A DNA stretch of 64,000 nt from Octopus vulgaris (Eukaryota). Shown here one piece after another: positions 14,151 through 26,157 of the stretch. The DNA is taken from positions 52,762,001-52,826,000 of the forward strand of contig OX597829.1 in NCBI GenBank assembly GCA_951406725.2. Direction: 5' to 3'. The translations under genes and the position numbers were made by a program. The notes below the pieces were generated by a model. The model searched no databases, had not been told where the DNA came from, and worked only from the letters and a program-made list of their open reading frames with translations. Every line of letters starts with the position of its first letter. The first letter of the stretch is position 1.

Positions 14151-14980
14151 ACTTTTTTTTCAAAAGAAGAATGTACATGCTGTGTGTCAGGTGAATTGAT
14201 TTCAAAGTAACCAAGAGAGTGGGTTGCTTTGTAAAATAAATAATTCTCATATATCTGTTAGTGGTTATTATCACTTCAAATCCAGATCAGTTATAGATCT
14301 AACTTAAGGTAGGCTGGGAGTTAAAGATTTGGCTAAGAGTTGTAAGTAGTAGGTAAAGACCAACTTCAGCAATTGTACAGAAACACTATAAAATTTTTTT
14401 TTAAAAAGTGGTGTTTCTTATCTAACAATTTTATTTTCTGAAGCCTTGCATTTTCATGTTGGATTGAACTGGATTACCTATGTTCAGTCCACTGCAGGAT
14501 GGGTGCCTCAACATGTTTCCTCCATCAACCATTGCCTGATGTGAAGGTCATGAATTTGAGCTTGAAATCATACTGGTTTGATGAGCTTACTCTGTCACAC
14601 TGGCCTGGCATGTAATGAGATTAAAGTAAAAATTTCATTCTAAATATGAACAGATTTCAAATGAATAATCTCCACAGATTTTCTTAATGCGACAGGGGCC
14701 AGATGTGATTGATACCAAAAGTTAAACTTGTTTATAGGAAAAGCAAAAAAAATTATCCTTTTGTCTAAAAATAGGTTTAGACTAATAATTAAATTTTATG
14801 TCAGCATTTTGGAATGTACTTTCTCAAAACTTCAAGAATTACTTTAAAACATTTTTGCATAGCAATTATCATTTATCTTGAAGTACGTTCCAGTCAACTT
14901 TAAGTCAATACAAAGAAATATACATGAAATCTAATCAAGATTGCTATTAATTACTGTCTACATGTATTGTATGTGTGTGT

Positions 14981-15210
14981 GTATTCTGTTGTGTCTGGGG
15001 AGAGTCATTTTCTTTTTGTGCCTTATAATTTAACACACTCACCGGTAAAATTTCCACTTATTTCTTTTTCATTTTTCTAAAAACTATTGAAAAGGTTGCA
15101 AGACGCAACGAAAATTTAAGGAAAATAAAAAAAGTTGGAATTTTACTGGTGAATGTGTTAAATTATAAGGCACAAAAAGAAAATTACTCTCCCCAGACAC
15201 AACAGAATAT
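14981..15210. mobile_element. Fold-back element (~100 bp arms) with a hammerhead-like motif at its centre
   Basis: Arms 14981-15082 / 15112-15210; centre cta-TTGAAAA-g-gttgc-aagac-gcaac-GAAA-attt. Confidence 0.7.
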
Positions 15211-15339
15211 GCTTCAGCACACGAACCCATATAAAGAATCTTGCAAACCAAATCCAAAAACGAAATAAATAAATTTATATCCTGGCTGCATTATTATTAT
15301 TCTTGTGACTAAGAAAGAAAGGATTATTGTTACTATTAT

Positions 15340-15745
15340 TGAGGCCAATGACTAGCTAAACATCCTGAGTGTCAGACGAAATGCCTTGTAGTATTAAATT
15401 ATATCCCTAATATACTCTTGGGTTAAAATCCTGCATGGATGGACTTCACTTTGTCTCTTTCTGGGTGTTGACAAAATAAAGTACCAGTAAAGTACTGGGG
15501 TCAATGTAATCAACTGCCCCTTATCCACAAACTTGTGGCTTTGTGCCTATGTAAGAAACCGTTATTAATTATTATTATTGTTATTATTATTATTAGCACA
15601 TCAGACAAAATGCCTAACTGCATTTCTTTCAGGATTACATCCTAAGTTCAGATTCTGCTGAGGTCGAATTTTGCCTTTCGTCCTTTTGGGGTTGAAAGAT
15701 TAGTTACCAGTTTAATGTGAGGTTGAATTTTCAAATGAAAGCAAA
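15340..15745 (+). mobile_element. Two tandem Nin/Deu-domain SINEs
   Basis: gcctttcgtccttttggggttga, aaataaagtaccag, (ATT)n spacers. Confidence 0.7.
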
Positions 15746-15959
15746 CCGCTTCTTCAGAAAAAGTTAATGTTATCTAAGCTCCTACGTCTGCAACCTACAT
15801 TTTTTTTTTTTCATTTTATTATTAGTTCCTTCATTGTAAAAATGGTTCAGAATTATCTGATCTTTACAAAAGGAATCACAATTTCCCCTGATTTCTGAAA
15901 GATAAATTTTAGATTTTTAATTGTAAACAGCCCTTTTTTTTTTTCATACTTTGTTATAG

Positions 15960-15991
15960 AATCGGTTGGGGAAGATTTTTAGTTTATTGCA
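15960..15991 (+). CDS. 32-nt coding micro-exon (phase 0/2): NRLGKIFSLL(Q)
   Basis: Long polypyrimidine tract + ttgttatag acceptor, consensus CA|gtaagt donor; supplies exactly the phase needed between 11703 and 23168. Confidence 0.75.
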
Positions 15992-16016
15992 GTAAGTTAC
16001 TTGTATTCATACACAG

Positions 16017-16172
16017 GGCAACATTCACCCAGGGCAGGTTGAGCCAGTTCCGGTCAACAAGCTCCCCATGTCCCTCATGAATCCTGACCTCATACTATGG
16101 TTAGCCAACATCAAGGTCACAGTAACAGGGACCACACGTGAACTTGTATTTCCACTGAAAATCTCAACATGA
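16017..16172 (+). CDS. Possible alternative terminal exon: GNIHPGQVEPVPVNKLPMSLMNPDLILWLANIKVTVTGTTRELVFPLKIST*
   Basis: acacag acceptor, 51 open codons in the frame of the micro-exon, AATAAA at 16206; acceptor is weak. Confidence 0.3.
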   Translation, partial: GNIHPGQVEPVPVNKLPMSLMNPDLILWLANIKVTVTGTTRELVFPLKIST

Positions 16173-16549
16173 ACTCTACATTTCATTACAATAAGTTAGA
16201 GGCCCAATAAAAAAAAAAACCCCAACAAACAAACAAACAATTCTGTTCAAGTTATTCTTATACATTATGAACCAATTATAATCTTCAGTGTTACATTAAT
16301 TAACTCCTGCACATAAACACATGAGTATTCTTCCTGCGATTATCCTGGAAAATTTTTCATGCTAGAGGGAGGACCCTGCTCTCCAAGAATTAAGCCATTA
16401 TATCCTCCCTCCTCTCTCACTCTGCCAAATATTTTGTTGTTTCTGTCAAGAGCAAATTTTGTCAAACTGTTTTCTTTTTTGTTGTGGTTTTTTTTTCTCT
16501 ATTGCTGGATAATTCTTTTGTGTGTTCAAGCAAATGTGTGTGTATGTGC

Positions 16550-16586
<37 letters not shown>

Positions 16587-17575
16587 GTGTGTGTAATTTA
16601 TTGGCTTTTTGTGACGTTTCCACTTGAGTATCCTTTGGAATCTCTTGCTTTACGTTTTCAGCAGTTTATCAAAATCAATCACTGCACTGATCTATTTTTA
16701 GATGTTTCAATGTGCTGATTATGTAAAGCTTTCCTTGTTGTTGTTGTTGTTGTAGCTAATGTTATTCCTAAATGATTTTTCTTTTTTCATCATCAATTAT
16801 CATCATGTTGATTAACGTTTCATGTTACTTTTTCTGTCTGTTTCGAGGCTATGCTTACTTTTATCTTCATTCAAATTTTCCTTTTTTTTTTTTCATTTTT
16901 ATGGATTTTACCGTTAGTTGCTTTTGCTTAAAGCAGCCAGTCTGTTTTAAAAACTGGTTTATTATTGTTGCAGTTGTTATTATTATTACTATATTTATTT
17001 ATTTATTATTTAGTAGTAATAGTTCTATTCATTTTGAATATCTATATGTATGTATATATGCACACACATACTCGTAATTAATCAAAAAGAGAATTTAAAA
17101 TTCATTATTAGCAATAGAAGCAGTAATGGTTTAGAATAGCATCCTGTATATCTTGCTTAACATGGATACACTATTGAAAGCTTATCATGTAGATGCATAA
17201 AATGCACTATACATCTATATGAGAAGCTTTCTCAAGAACAGCAGTTTTGTTGTTTTTATGCAGTATATCTGTTAAGAAGATATACCAGGAGCTAATTAAA
17301 AATTCCTAGATAAATACTGGTGATAACAGCCATTCTAATCTGTTTCTCAGTTGAGAAACAGATATTCCTTTGCATTCCTTTCAATTGATTGTTCTTGCAA
17401 GAAACAGTCAGAATACTCTGTAGGATATAAATCAGATAAGCGCCTGAGAAAACTTAATAAAATGAAGAAATGTGTTTAAATTCTTTTTACTATACAGCTT
17501 TTGAATGTTTTGTTTTGGGATAACATGTTAAAGAAACAAAACTGGTTACAGTCTAGAATATTTAGGACTAATTAT

Positions 17576-17790
17576 TTAACCCTTCAGCATCCATATTACT
17601 CAGTCAAATGTAATAATTATTTACATTGTTTTGAATTAATCATACATTATCTCATATCTTTGAGATTTCAATGATGTAGCTGTTTATTTTATAGAATGAT
17701 ATTGTAGCTATAAGAGGCCAGATCTGGTCAGTTTGAACATAAACAGATAGAATATTTGGCTGGAAATGACCAGTTTAAATAAGGGGTTAA
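17576..17790 (-). mobile_element. piggyBac-like MITE
   Basis: TTAA-cccttcagcat ... aagggg-TTAA. Confidence 0.75.
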
Positions 17791-18604
17791 AGTAACTTCA
17801 TGATTGATATAAAAATTTTAAATATATATACTTTATTATGATTTTCCATATATTTATTATATTGTCTGATGTATTTTGTCATGTATATACTATAATATAT
17901 ATACATAGTTTTGCATCCTTTGCATGTGTTTATCTTACACCACAATCCCAGATATTTTGCGGGGATTTTTCCTTGCACTTTTTTCTTTAGAAAAACATAA
18001 GTCTTTTGCAACAATTTAATTATATATGTCCAATTGTGTATAAAATGAATTTGACTTTGTTGTTTTTCCTTTTTTTTTTTGTCCGTCTTCATTATGAAAG
18101 TGTAGTTTCCTTGTTAATTATCACGCCATCTAATACTGGGATGTTTTTTTTTTTTTTTGTTTTTTTTGTGAACTAACGACTTTCTTATCAAGTGAAATAA
18201 TAGGGATGTCTAAATATCTTCTTTCAAAACTCATACACTCACAAACACATACACACACTCTCTCTCTTTCTCTGTCTCTCTCTCACGCTCACTCACACAC
18301 ACACACACACACAAAACTGTTGCTCTCGTTTAATACAAAGGGGTCCTATGAAATACTTATAGAAAAAAAAAAAAAGAAACTATTTTTCAAGGGGTTTTAA
18401 TTTAATTAATTTAATCAGTTATTTTGTAAACTATATCATTTCTAAGAAGTGTCAAGACTCTGAATCTTTCAATATCATCATCATCATCATCATCATCACC
18501 ATCAGTACTGCCACCACCGTCATCATCATCACCACCACCTCCACCACAAAATAATTAACAATACTTTCCTTCAGTAACACAATGTCTTTGCAATATTTTT
18601 ATGT

Positions 18605-19020
18605 CATGAGGCAATAAATTGGCAATGTTGTTAGTATATCAGTCAAAATAGCTTATGTGCGTATATTTCTAGGTTCAAATCTTGCTAAAAATGTTTTCTT
18701 CTTGGGTTTAATGAAATAATGTCAAATACTAAAGTCAATTTAGCTAGCTGTTTCTTTCCCTGAAATTTATGGTCTGTGCCTCACTTAGAAGAAACTGATA
18801 TTTCTGTTTTAAGCCAGTGGAGTAATATTGTTTGCACATTGGACAAAGGTGCCTTGCAGTATTTGATCCTGCACCTTACATACCTGGCTTAACCTCTGCC
18901 AAGGTGAACTTTGCCTTTTGTCCTTCAGAGACTGAGAAAATGTGGTAGCAATCTAGTACTGAGGTTGATTAAATTGATTAACTATTTCCCTGAAATTTGC
19001 ATATTAGAAATGATTATTGT
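18605..19020 (+). mobile_element. Two tandem old Nin/Deu SINEs
   Basis: aggtgaactttgccttttgtccttc; degenerate heads. Confidence 0.55.
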
Positions 19021-19139
19021 TATATGGTTTCCTTTTTTTCCCCTTCTATCTAAATGGAGGGCTTTTATACTTGATCCAAAACATAAACAAAAAAGAAGCA
19101 TTATTGTCTTTATACAATATTATCTACCATTATAGTTTC

Positions 19140-19790
19140 TTTAATGTCAGATTTGCAGATGTCTTTTCTGTGACACTTCCTAGAGGGCTCTCACTCTTAA
19201 GAAATTTAGTGAAAGTGCTGTTGTTACCCTTGACATCTGCAAAGCTCTTGATCATGACCACCATGCAGATCTCCTTAGCATTTCTGGACTTCATTCATTC
19301 ATTCATTATGTCAAGGAGTGATGACTTTCTATCTTGTGGGCTAGGACCACGTTTCAAACACTAGCACTTCTCTTCAAGGCCAGGAGGTACTTCAGCTGCC
19401 CCAACAGTTCTTGGTACTTCACAAAGCTCAGGTAAAGCATACAATCGAGTGTTGCTCTCACATCTGAGACAGGACACTACTACATGCTCAGACATCCTAA
19501 ACCGCATCTAGATTTTCTGACCCTCCAACTGATTGGTATCAAGTCACTCAGTGGCACACTTCAGCCTCTGCCCCACAGACGTGCTGTCTCGTCTGTCTTT
19601 TCTATTGGCCTTTGTCCGTTGGAGCTGGCTTGTGATTCACTTGTCTCTTCTAGCTACATCCATGTTGTGTCTAGCACATTAAACCCTGCACCAACCACCA
19701 CACCCAATACTTCCTTCCCACACTGGTGGATCTCTGGAATTCTCTCCCTGCTTTTATCTTTACTGCAGATTTCAACTTGAAACATTAAGT
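19140..19790 (+). mobile_element. CR1/Jockey-group LINE remnant
   Basis: LDICKALD-like RT motif and LQPLPHRRAVSS C-terminal motif; highly degenerate. Confidence 0.5.
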
Positions 19791-21311
19791 CTTGGGAGAC
19801 TTGTAGAGACTATGGATACCATCCCTTTCTCCTGGTTTGGTAAATTAAAAAAAAAGTTAAATATTTACTTACATATCAAGTATTAATTTTAGATGTTAAT
19901 TAGAAGTGAAATTATATACACAACAGATAAGTGCAAGGAATCTGTTGCATATTTAAGCCAAGGTGGTTGTAGTTTATTAGAACATATTAACAGTCTTGTA
20001 CAATCGCATGTAATTCTACAAAATAATAGTGATCCGTTTTGGGTCAGCATAACAATCACCATTTCTACTACTCTTACAAAAACCTAACAAATCTTTGAAA
20101 TAACACTGCCAGCCTCTGATATTAAGGAACTTTCTTGAACCATGTAACACTGAAAATTTTCCTCAAATTCACTCCACATATCTATGTGATTTATCAGGTC
20201 TTATCAACATCAATTCTTAGTAAATACCTTTTGTCAGGTTTTATGTAAGATGCCATTGTTTGTTTTGTTTTGTTTTTTGTTTTGTTTTTTTTAAAAGAAA
20301 GAAACCTTGATGTATGTGTGCGTGTGTGTGTGCATATGAGTATGTGTGTTTATTTAGAACGAACACTTTACTATTGCAAGTGCTGCTGTAATCTGTGTCT
20401 GAATGTAGGAATCAATGTCTCATGTAGCAATAGAAGCAGCAGCTCTGTAGGTGTTTCAACCTCTTTTACTGTAACACCAGTGCTTCCTGGGGCCACCACG
20501 AATGCAGTTGATGAAATTCCTGCATGAACTTTGTCGAGTCAGATGTAACAACTCAGGGGCCAAATCTTGTTCCTGTTACCCACCATGCTTCTTTTTGCTG
20601 CACTGTACGTCCTCTCTTTCTTGAGCCACATGGAATGGCTTGTTTACTCAGCAGCTTCCAATAATTTTCAAGTGATTTTCTTTTCTCTCCTTGACAGCTA
20701 ATCCATGACCCCTGAGCATTGAGTGACCACTGGTTCCAACAAACCCTCAAACACCTTTACTTCAGTTGAAATTGTTAAAGTAGGGTTTGTACCCCAACCT
20801 TGTAAAACACTCACCAGCAATGACTACCCAAACAGACCCCTGGGTTTGGAGGGTTGATGCCTGAGTGGTGTTGAGGTGTTATCTGCCAGGAGTAGAAGGG
20901 TGGATGCAGTGACAAGGTTTTTACAGTGCATGGCCCCATACTACTACAAAGGGGTACCAGCTTCAGTAATCACTAATCAATGTTGCTAGTGCCATTACTG
21001 TTGTACGTCAGGGAGCCCATGTTTGGTCTTTGAATGATCAATAAGTTCAAACTTTAAAATAATTATTGCAAATGTCATTTTTTTTCTTTTTCCTTTTTTT
21101 CTTTTGGAGGGTGGGGTGATGGCAGTGATGTGTGGGAGAATAAGAGGAGAAAGATGAAACATTTGAGTTTTAGAGGGTTGATGTGACTACAATATAGAGA
21201 AGATATGAACATAAAATTTTAGAAACTTGTTGAGAGATATGAAATAAATCTTAACAGTTGGAATTGAAGTAGAATACACTATATATATAAAATGTATATA
21301 TGTGTATATAC

Positions 21312-21453
21312 TTTAAGTTGTAAAAAGACATCACAAAAAAATGAGTTTCACATTCCCATTCATCAGGCAGTTTTGGATGAGAATAAAAACTGTCCAATGA
21401 ATGGGAACATGAAACTCTGAGTAACAGTTTTTTGTAATGTTTTTGCAGCTTTA
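21312..21453. mobile_element. Fold-back element with two back-to-back hammerhead motifs
   Basis: + arm actgt-CCAATGA-atgggaacat-GAAA-ctctgag-TA-acagt; - arm actgc-CTGATGA-atgggaatgt-GAAA-ctc; flanks also inverted. Confidence 0.7.
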
Positions 21454-22487
21454 ATAATAATAAAGCATATTACTCTACCTCCTGTATTTGAGCACTATTT
21501 TTTCCCACTTTGTTTCACATGTGCTTACTCTCATATATATATATATATGTATATATATGAATAAAACATAGGTAGGTGTTAGGGAAATAAAATGTCAGTA
21601 TTTTCCCCCCTAAATATTGATAAACCTTACAAAATTTTTTGCATTATTTCTTTGTTTTTTTTTGTCATATTCATATTCTTTATGAAAAATTAATAGGAAG
21701 GAAGAGTTAAGCTCCTGCAATCATTTTGTTGTATTTTAAAGCAAATTGTTTTTGTGATTTTTTTTTGTTTTTCCTAATAAAGGAATTGTAATGTTTCTAC
21801 ACCATGGACTATTATTATTATACTGCCTTCTCTCTGTTTTTACAGTCATATGACAATATTATTATTTCCTCTATTTATCAACTGTCGTTGAAACTGAAAA
21901 CTGCTACAGATAGGACTATTCAAAAATTGAGGTTTGTTGTTTTTGTTAATGTATTTTTTCTCAACTTCTTAATTCAATTTAAATAATGAGAGAAAATTGC
22001 CATCAGATTTCAAAGTGTGATTGAGTGACACTCAAACACATATCCATTTAATGGTTTTGTTGTATATTTGTTACTTGTGAAACCGTCCCACCCATGCCAG
22101 CATGGATGGCGGGCATTTGATGATGATGAAGGCCACAAGAAGGTATTACCTTGTTTGGAAATATATTCCTCATGATTGGATCCCCTTTCTGTTGCCGTCC
22201 TTCACTTACCTCAATGAATACTGTATGACCCATTCAGGCATGGGAAAATAAATGTTAAAATAGTGGATGATGATTGCAATAATTAATCATTAGAGAATTT
22301 AGACAAAATGTCTTGTGGCAATTCTTCCTGCCTTTTTTTTTTCCCCCTCCCAATTTTTTCTGGGACCACCCTTTTCGTCTATCCTTCCAGAATTATTAAA
22401 GTTAACATTATAAGCTGTCCCACTTTCTCATGATTTATGGCCTTGTAACTTTATTAGAAATCAGTACTGTTAATATGGCTAATATAT

Positions 22488-22780
22488 CACGTGTCACGTG
22501 ACCGACCAGACCATCAGATGTTGTTACACATCGCTGGTCACAATGCGTTCGCATTGTTTTAGCCTTCAAATGACGCCACCCCGCTGGCTAAGCGAGCAGG
22601 CCAACAGAAGAAAGAGTGGTGAAAGAGTACAGCAGGGATCACCACCCCCTGCCGGAGCCTCGTGGAGCTTTTAGGTGTTTTCGCTCAATAAACACACACA
22701 ACGCCCGGTCTGGGAATCGAAACTGCGATCCTGCGACCACGAGTCCGCTGCCCTAACCACTAGGCCATTGTGCCTCCACA
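22488..22780 (-). mobile_element. Young tRNA-derived SINE with an RTE-derived tail
   Basis: A/B boxes on minus strand, CpG-rich; tail shares atcgctggtcacaatgc with the RTE fragment at 435-451. Confidence 0.85.
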
Positions 22781-22783
22781 TGG

Positions 22784-22819
<36 letters not shown>

Positions 22820-22843
22820 TATATATGCATGCATGCATGCAAA

Positions 22844-23000
22844 AAAATTTAGGACTGACTACTAAAAAAAATGGACAGCCACTTTGGTTTTTTGCTGAGT
22901 TTTTCTTGAGAACACATTCTTCATGGAAAATGGCGATTTTGACGTCTATATCTAGCATATAGGCTGTCCATTTTTTTTAGTGGTCAGTCCTCTAAATTTT
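22844..23000. mobile_element. MITE-like fold-back element with ~37 bp inverted ends
   Basis: aaaatttaggactgactactaaaaaaaatggacagcc / ggctgtccattttttttagtggtcagtcctctaaatttt. Confidence 0.7.
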
Positions 23001-23167
23001 GTATGTAAAAAAAATTGTCTAATCTTCGGATTTTTAAAAATATGCTAGGCCACTGGTTTTAATTGATTAATATCAATTTCTACCCTTATTTAATTATATA
23101 TATTCATATTCTTTTAATTATGTCCAGTTATTCTTAATTATTTCTTAATTATGTATGCATCAAACAG

Positions 23168-23316
23168 AGAAAGTAATAAAGTCAGTCAGACACCATCTCC
23201 CGTGGATGATTATTTAACTGATCCATCGTCTAGTGAAATGCCAGCTTGGAAAAGTGCTAACCAAGAACTTGCAGCGATTCTTTGTATATTAAGGAAAATA
23301 GAACATCGGATTCATG
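23168..23316 (+). CDS. Coding exon (phase 2/1): ESNKVSQTPSPVDDYLTDPSSSEMPAWKSANQELAAILCILRKIEHRIH
   Basis: caaacag acceptor, CATG|gtaagt donor, open non-repetitive frame. Confidence 0.85.
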
Positions 23317-23454
23317 GTAAGTTCTATTTTATTGCATTGTTACAGAAACCATTTTACAATGGTTATCTTAAAATATTCTTCCTTGTATTATTCCGATAAG
23401 AATTTATTTTTTATTAGTGTCCAGTGAAGGAAATATTCTGGTTTTATTCTGTAC

Positions 23455-23815
23455 ATATGGGCCATGCTGGGGCACCACCTTCAAAGGTTTGGTCAAACAA
23501 ATTGACCCCAGTGTCTTTTTTTTTTTAAAGTTTGGTACTTATTGTGCCAGTTTTTTTTTTGTTTTTTTTTGCCAAACTGCTAAGTTACAGGGACATAAGC
23601 AAATCAGCAATAGTTGTCAAGGACAAATGGGACGGACACACACACACACAACAGGCTTCTTTCAGTTTGTGTCTATCAAATCCACTCACAAGGCTTTAGT
23701 TGGCCCAAAGTTATATTAGAAGACTCTTGCCCAAGATGCCACACAGTGGGACTGAACCCAGAACCATGTGGTTGGGAAACGAACTTCTTACCGTGTACCC
23801 ACACCTGCACCTATA
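23455..23815 (-). mobile_element. CORE-type SINE
   Basis: Aligns to 33812-34226. Confidence 0.8.
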
Positions 23816-24324
23816 TAGCTATAAGTTTTTATAACAAGTGATGTGCATTCCTGCAGGCCACAAGACAGAGAATGTGTGAGTGGAAATAATATAAGATCTG
23901 ATATCTCCCTGGGGTAGAAACCACAATAGTAGTTGTAGATAAAACAAAAAGAAGAGGCAGCAGCACGTCTCTGGAATGGAGACTGCACTGTTTGCTAGTG
24001 ATGACTTTATGATAACATGTCACATGACCATCCTTTGGATGAGGTTGAGGATGTCTGTGTGTGTGTGTGTGTAACTGCTTCAGTGTCACATAGTGACACA
24101 CACACATGTTCATCTCTCTCTCTCCCTCTTTTCACACAATCATTGATTCCCCCCCCTCCCAATAAAAACATCAAAATACATTGATGATATATCAGGAATT
24201 TAACAACATGCACTGACAAGGGAAATCTAGGAGGTTCGACATGCTAGAAATAACAGCCAGATCTCCTTCAAATTATTGTTTACCATCTTAAAAATTCATT
24301 ATGTTCATTATGATTATTATTATT

Positions 24325-25035
24325 TAAGATGGCGAGCTGACAGAATCGTTGCTCTGCTGGTAAAAATGCTTAGCGGGATTCCTTCTGACTTTTGTAATTA
24401 CTAAGGCAAACGAGCTGGTAGAATCGTTAGCGCATTGAACAAAAAGCATTTCTCCGAGTTCTTTACATTCTGAGTTGAAATCCCAGAATGAGGTCGATTT
24501 TGCCTTTCATTCCATTCAGTTTTGATGAATAATAATAATAATGAAATTATTGTATACAGTGCTCAGGTGCACCACAACTTGTCAGAAAGTGCATATAAAG
24601 TACATGCAGTAATGTACAAATGTCTGGAAAGCGAACAATGTATGAGTCAGATACATGCCTGTGTGTGTATGGAGGGGAGAAAATCAGGTGTAGTGTTGGC
24701 GAATCTCAGGAAGCATGGAAGTTTTGAAGGATGCAGTGCTCCGACAACTAACAACCGATGCCGGCAGTTTGTTCCATGCTTCAGCAACTCTCAGCGTGAA
24801 AAAATGTTTCCTGAAGTCATGGGAGCTGTGCTGTTTTCTGACTTTGTAAATATGTCCACGGGTGTTTGATGGGTGGAGTTTGAAGAGGTGCTCAGAGTTA
24901 TTGTTTGTACGATGGTTGATAATTTTAAGTATCCATTGGGTACTGGGGTCGATGTAGTTGACTAGCACCTTCTCTCAACAAATTTTAGGGCCTGTGTCTA
25001 GTGCAGAAAGGATTATTATTATTATTATTATTATT
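24325..25035 (+). mobile_element. Nin/Deu SINE(s) split by a CR1 insertion
   Basis: Head ggtagaatcgttagc..gagttgaaatccc and Nin domain up to ~24520; resumes at ~24930 (tactggggtcgatgtag). Confidence 0.7.
24524..24930 (-). mobile_element. CR1-clade LINE 3' end
   Basis: SNTRGHIYKVRKQHSSHDFRKHFFTLRVAEAWNKLPASVV...FK is a typical CR1 ORF2 C-terminus; (ATT)n tail. Confidence 0.9.
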
Positions 25036-25120
25036 ATGTTAAATACTGAAGTGGCAGCATGTCACCTTCATTTAAATTCATTTTCTCTCTCTTTTTTTTT
25101 TTTTAATTTTTAATTCTTAG

Positions 25121-25353
25121 TTATTGACCGGGTGCTCTTCCCAGACAAAGATAATGGAATTGATTCTGATGGCCTTACCCAACGTGAAAAACAGCTTTAT
25201 CTGCAGGAAATAGAAAGGATACGAACAGAGATTGCAGGCTTCCAACCAATCGACAATCCAGAAGATAAAATGTGGAAAAAAAAGCAAAGGCACCCACAAG
25301 GAAACAGTTCAACATGCCATGCTATTGGCTTAACAGAAGAAGAGCTATTCTAG
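25121..25353 (+). CDS. Terminal coding exon: (V)IDRVLFPDKDNGIDSDGLTQREKQLYLQEIERIRTEIAGFQPIDNPEDKMWKKKQRHPQGNSSTCHAIGLTEEELF*
   Basis: Very strong polypyrimidine tract + ttcttag; phase 1 joins 23316; TAG at 25351-25353; protein not recognised. Confidence 0.9.
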
Positions 25354-26151
25354 AGAGACTTTCTCTTAGTTAAGATACCCAGGCTATATATATATATATA
25401 TGTATATGTATATATGTATGTATGGTGTGTGCATGTAAAATTTAATGTTTCAGATTTGTGATCCGTTCATTTTTACATTCACTGCCTTTAATTTGCATTA
25501 ACGTCATCAATTAATGTATTTCTGTTAATAATTTATTTAAAATGGATTTTATTTTATATTTTCATTTGCAAACTACAGCCAACGTTATTAATAGTAATTT
25601 ATTTTATTTGTTTTATGTCTTTTTTTTTTAACTGTTTCATTTTTTTTCTTCTTCTTCCTTCATTCTCTCTTGTCTGTGTTAGATATTTATTTATACATTC
25701 AGATAGTATTTCAAGAGGTTTTTTTTTTTTTTTTTTTTAAATTGTTGTATTTCAGGTATTTCATATTTTGAGTAGACTGCAGATTTTATAGATATTCTTG
25801 CTTTTGGTACAGTTGAAACAGAATCAGACCAGTGTGTGTGTGTGTGTGTGTTAGATGTGAGATGTGAGCCACAATACGCCATAGTCCATTTAACAATATG
25901 AAGTTTTTCCTCTAGTTTAATCAGAAACAAAAACCGGTTATGCTACCGTCCCAAGTCAACAGTTTTTTTGTTTTTTTTTTAGTTTATTCCGAATACTTTA
26001 AGAAATATTAATAGTTTAAATTTGTTATAACTGTTACTGTTTGAATGATAATTATATATATTAGGTAGGTTTGTGGGTTAATTCTAAATGGATTGCAAGG
26101 TTTATCCACTATCAGGGAAACTCACAGCAAAGCAAAATATGCACCTAATTC

Positions 26152-26157
26152 AATAAA
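26152..26157 (+). terminator. Candidate proximal poly(A) signal
   Basis: AATAAA after a U-rich tract downstream of the stop; weak evidence in AT-rich DNA. Confidence 0.3.

Noticed and set aside
22700-22780. tRNA-like A/B boxes (also 1905-1985, 56270-56343)
   Set aside because: They are SINE heads continuous with SINE bodies; no complete cloverleaf supported
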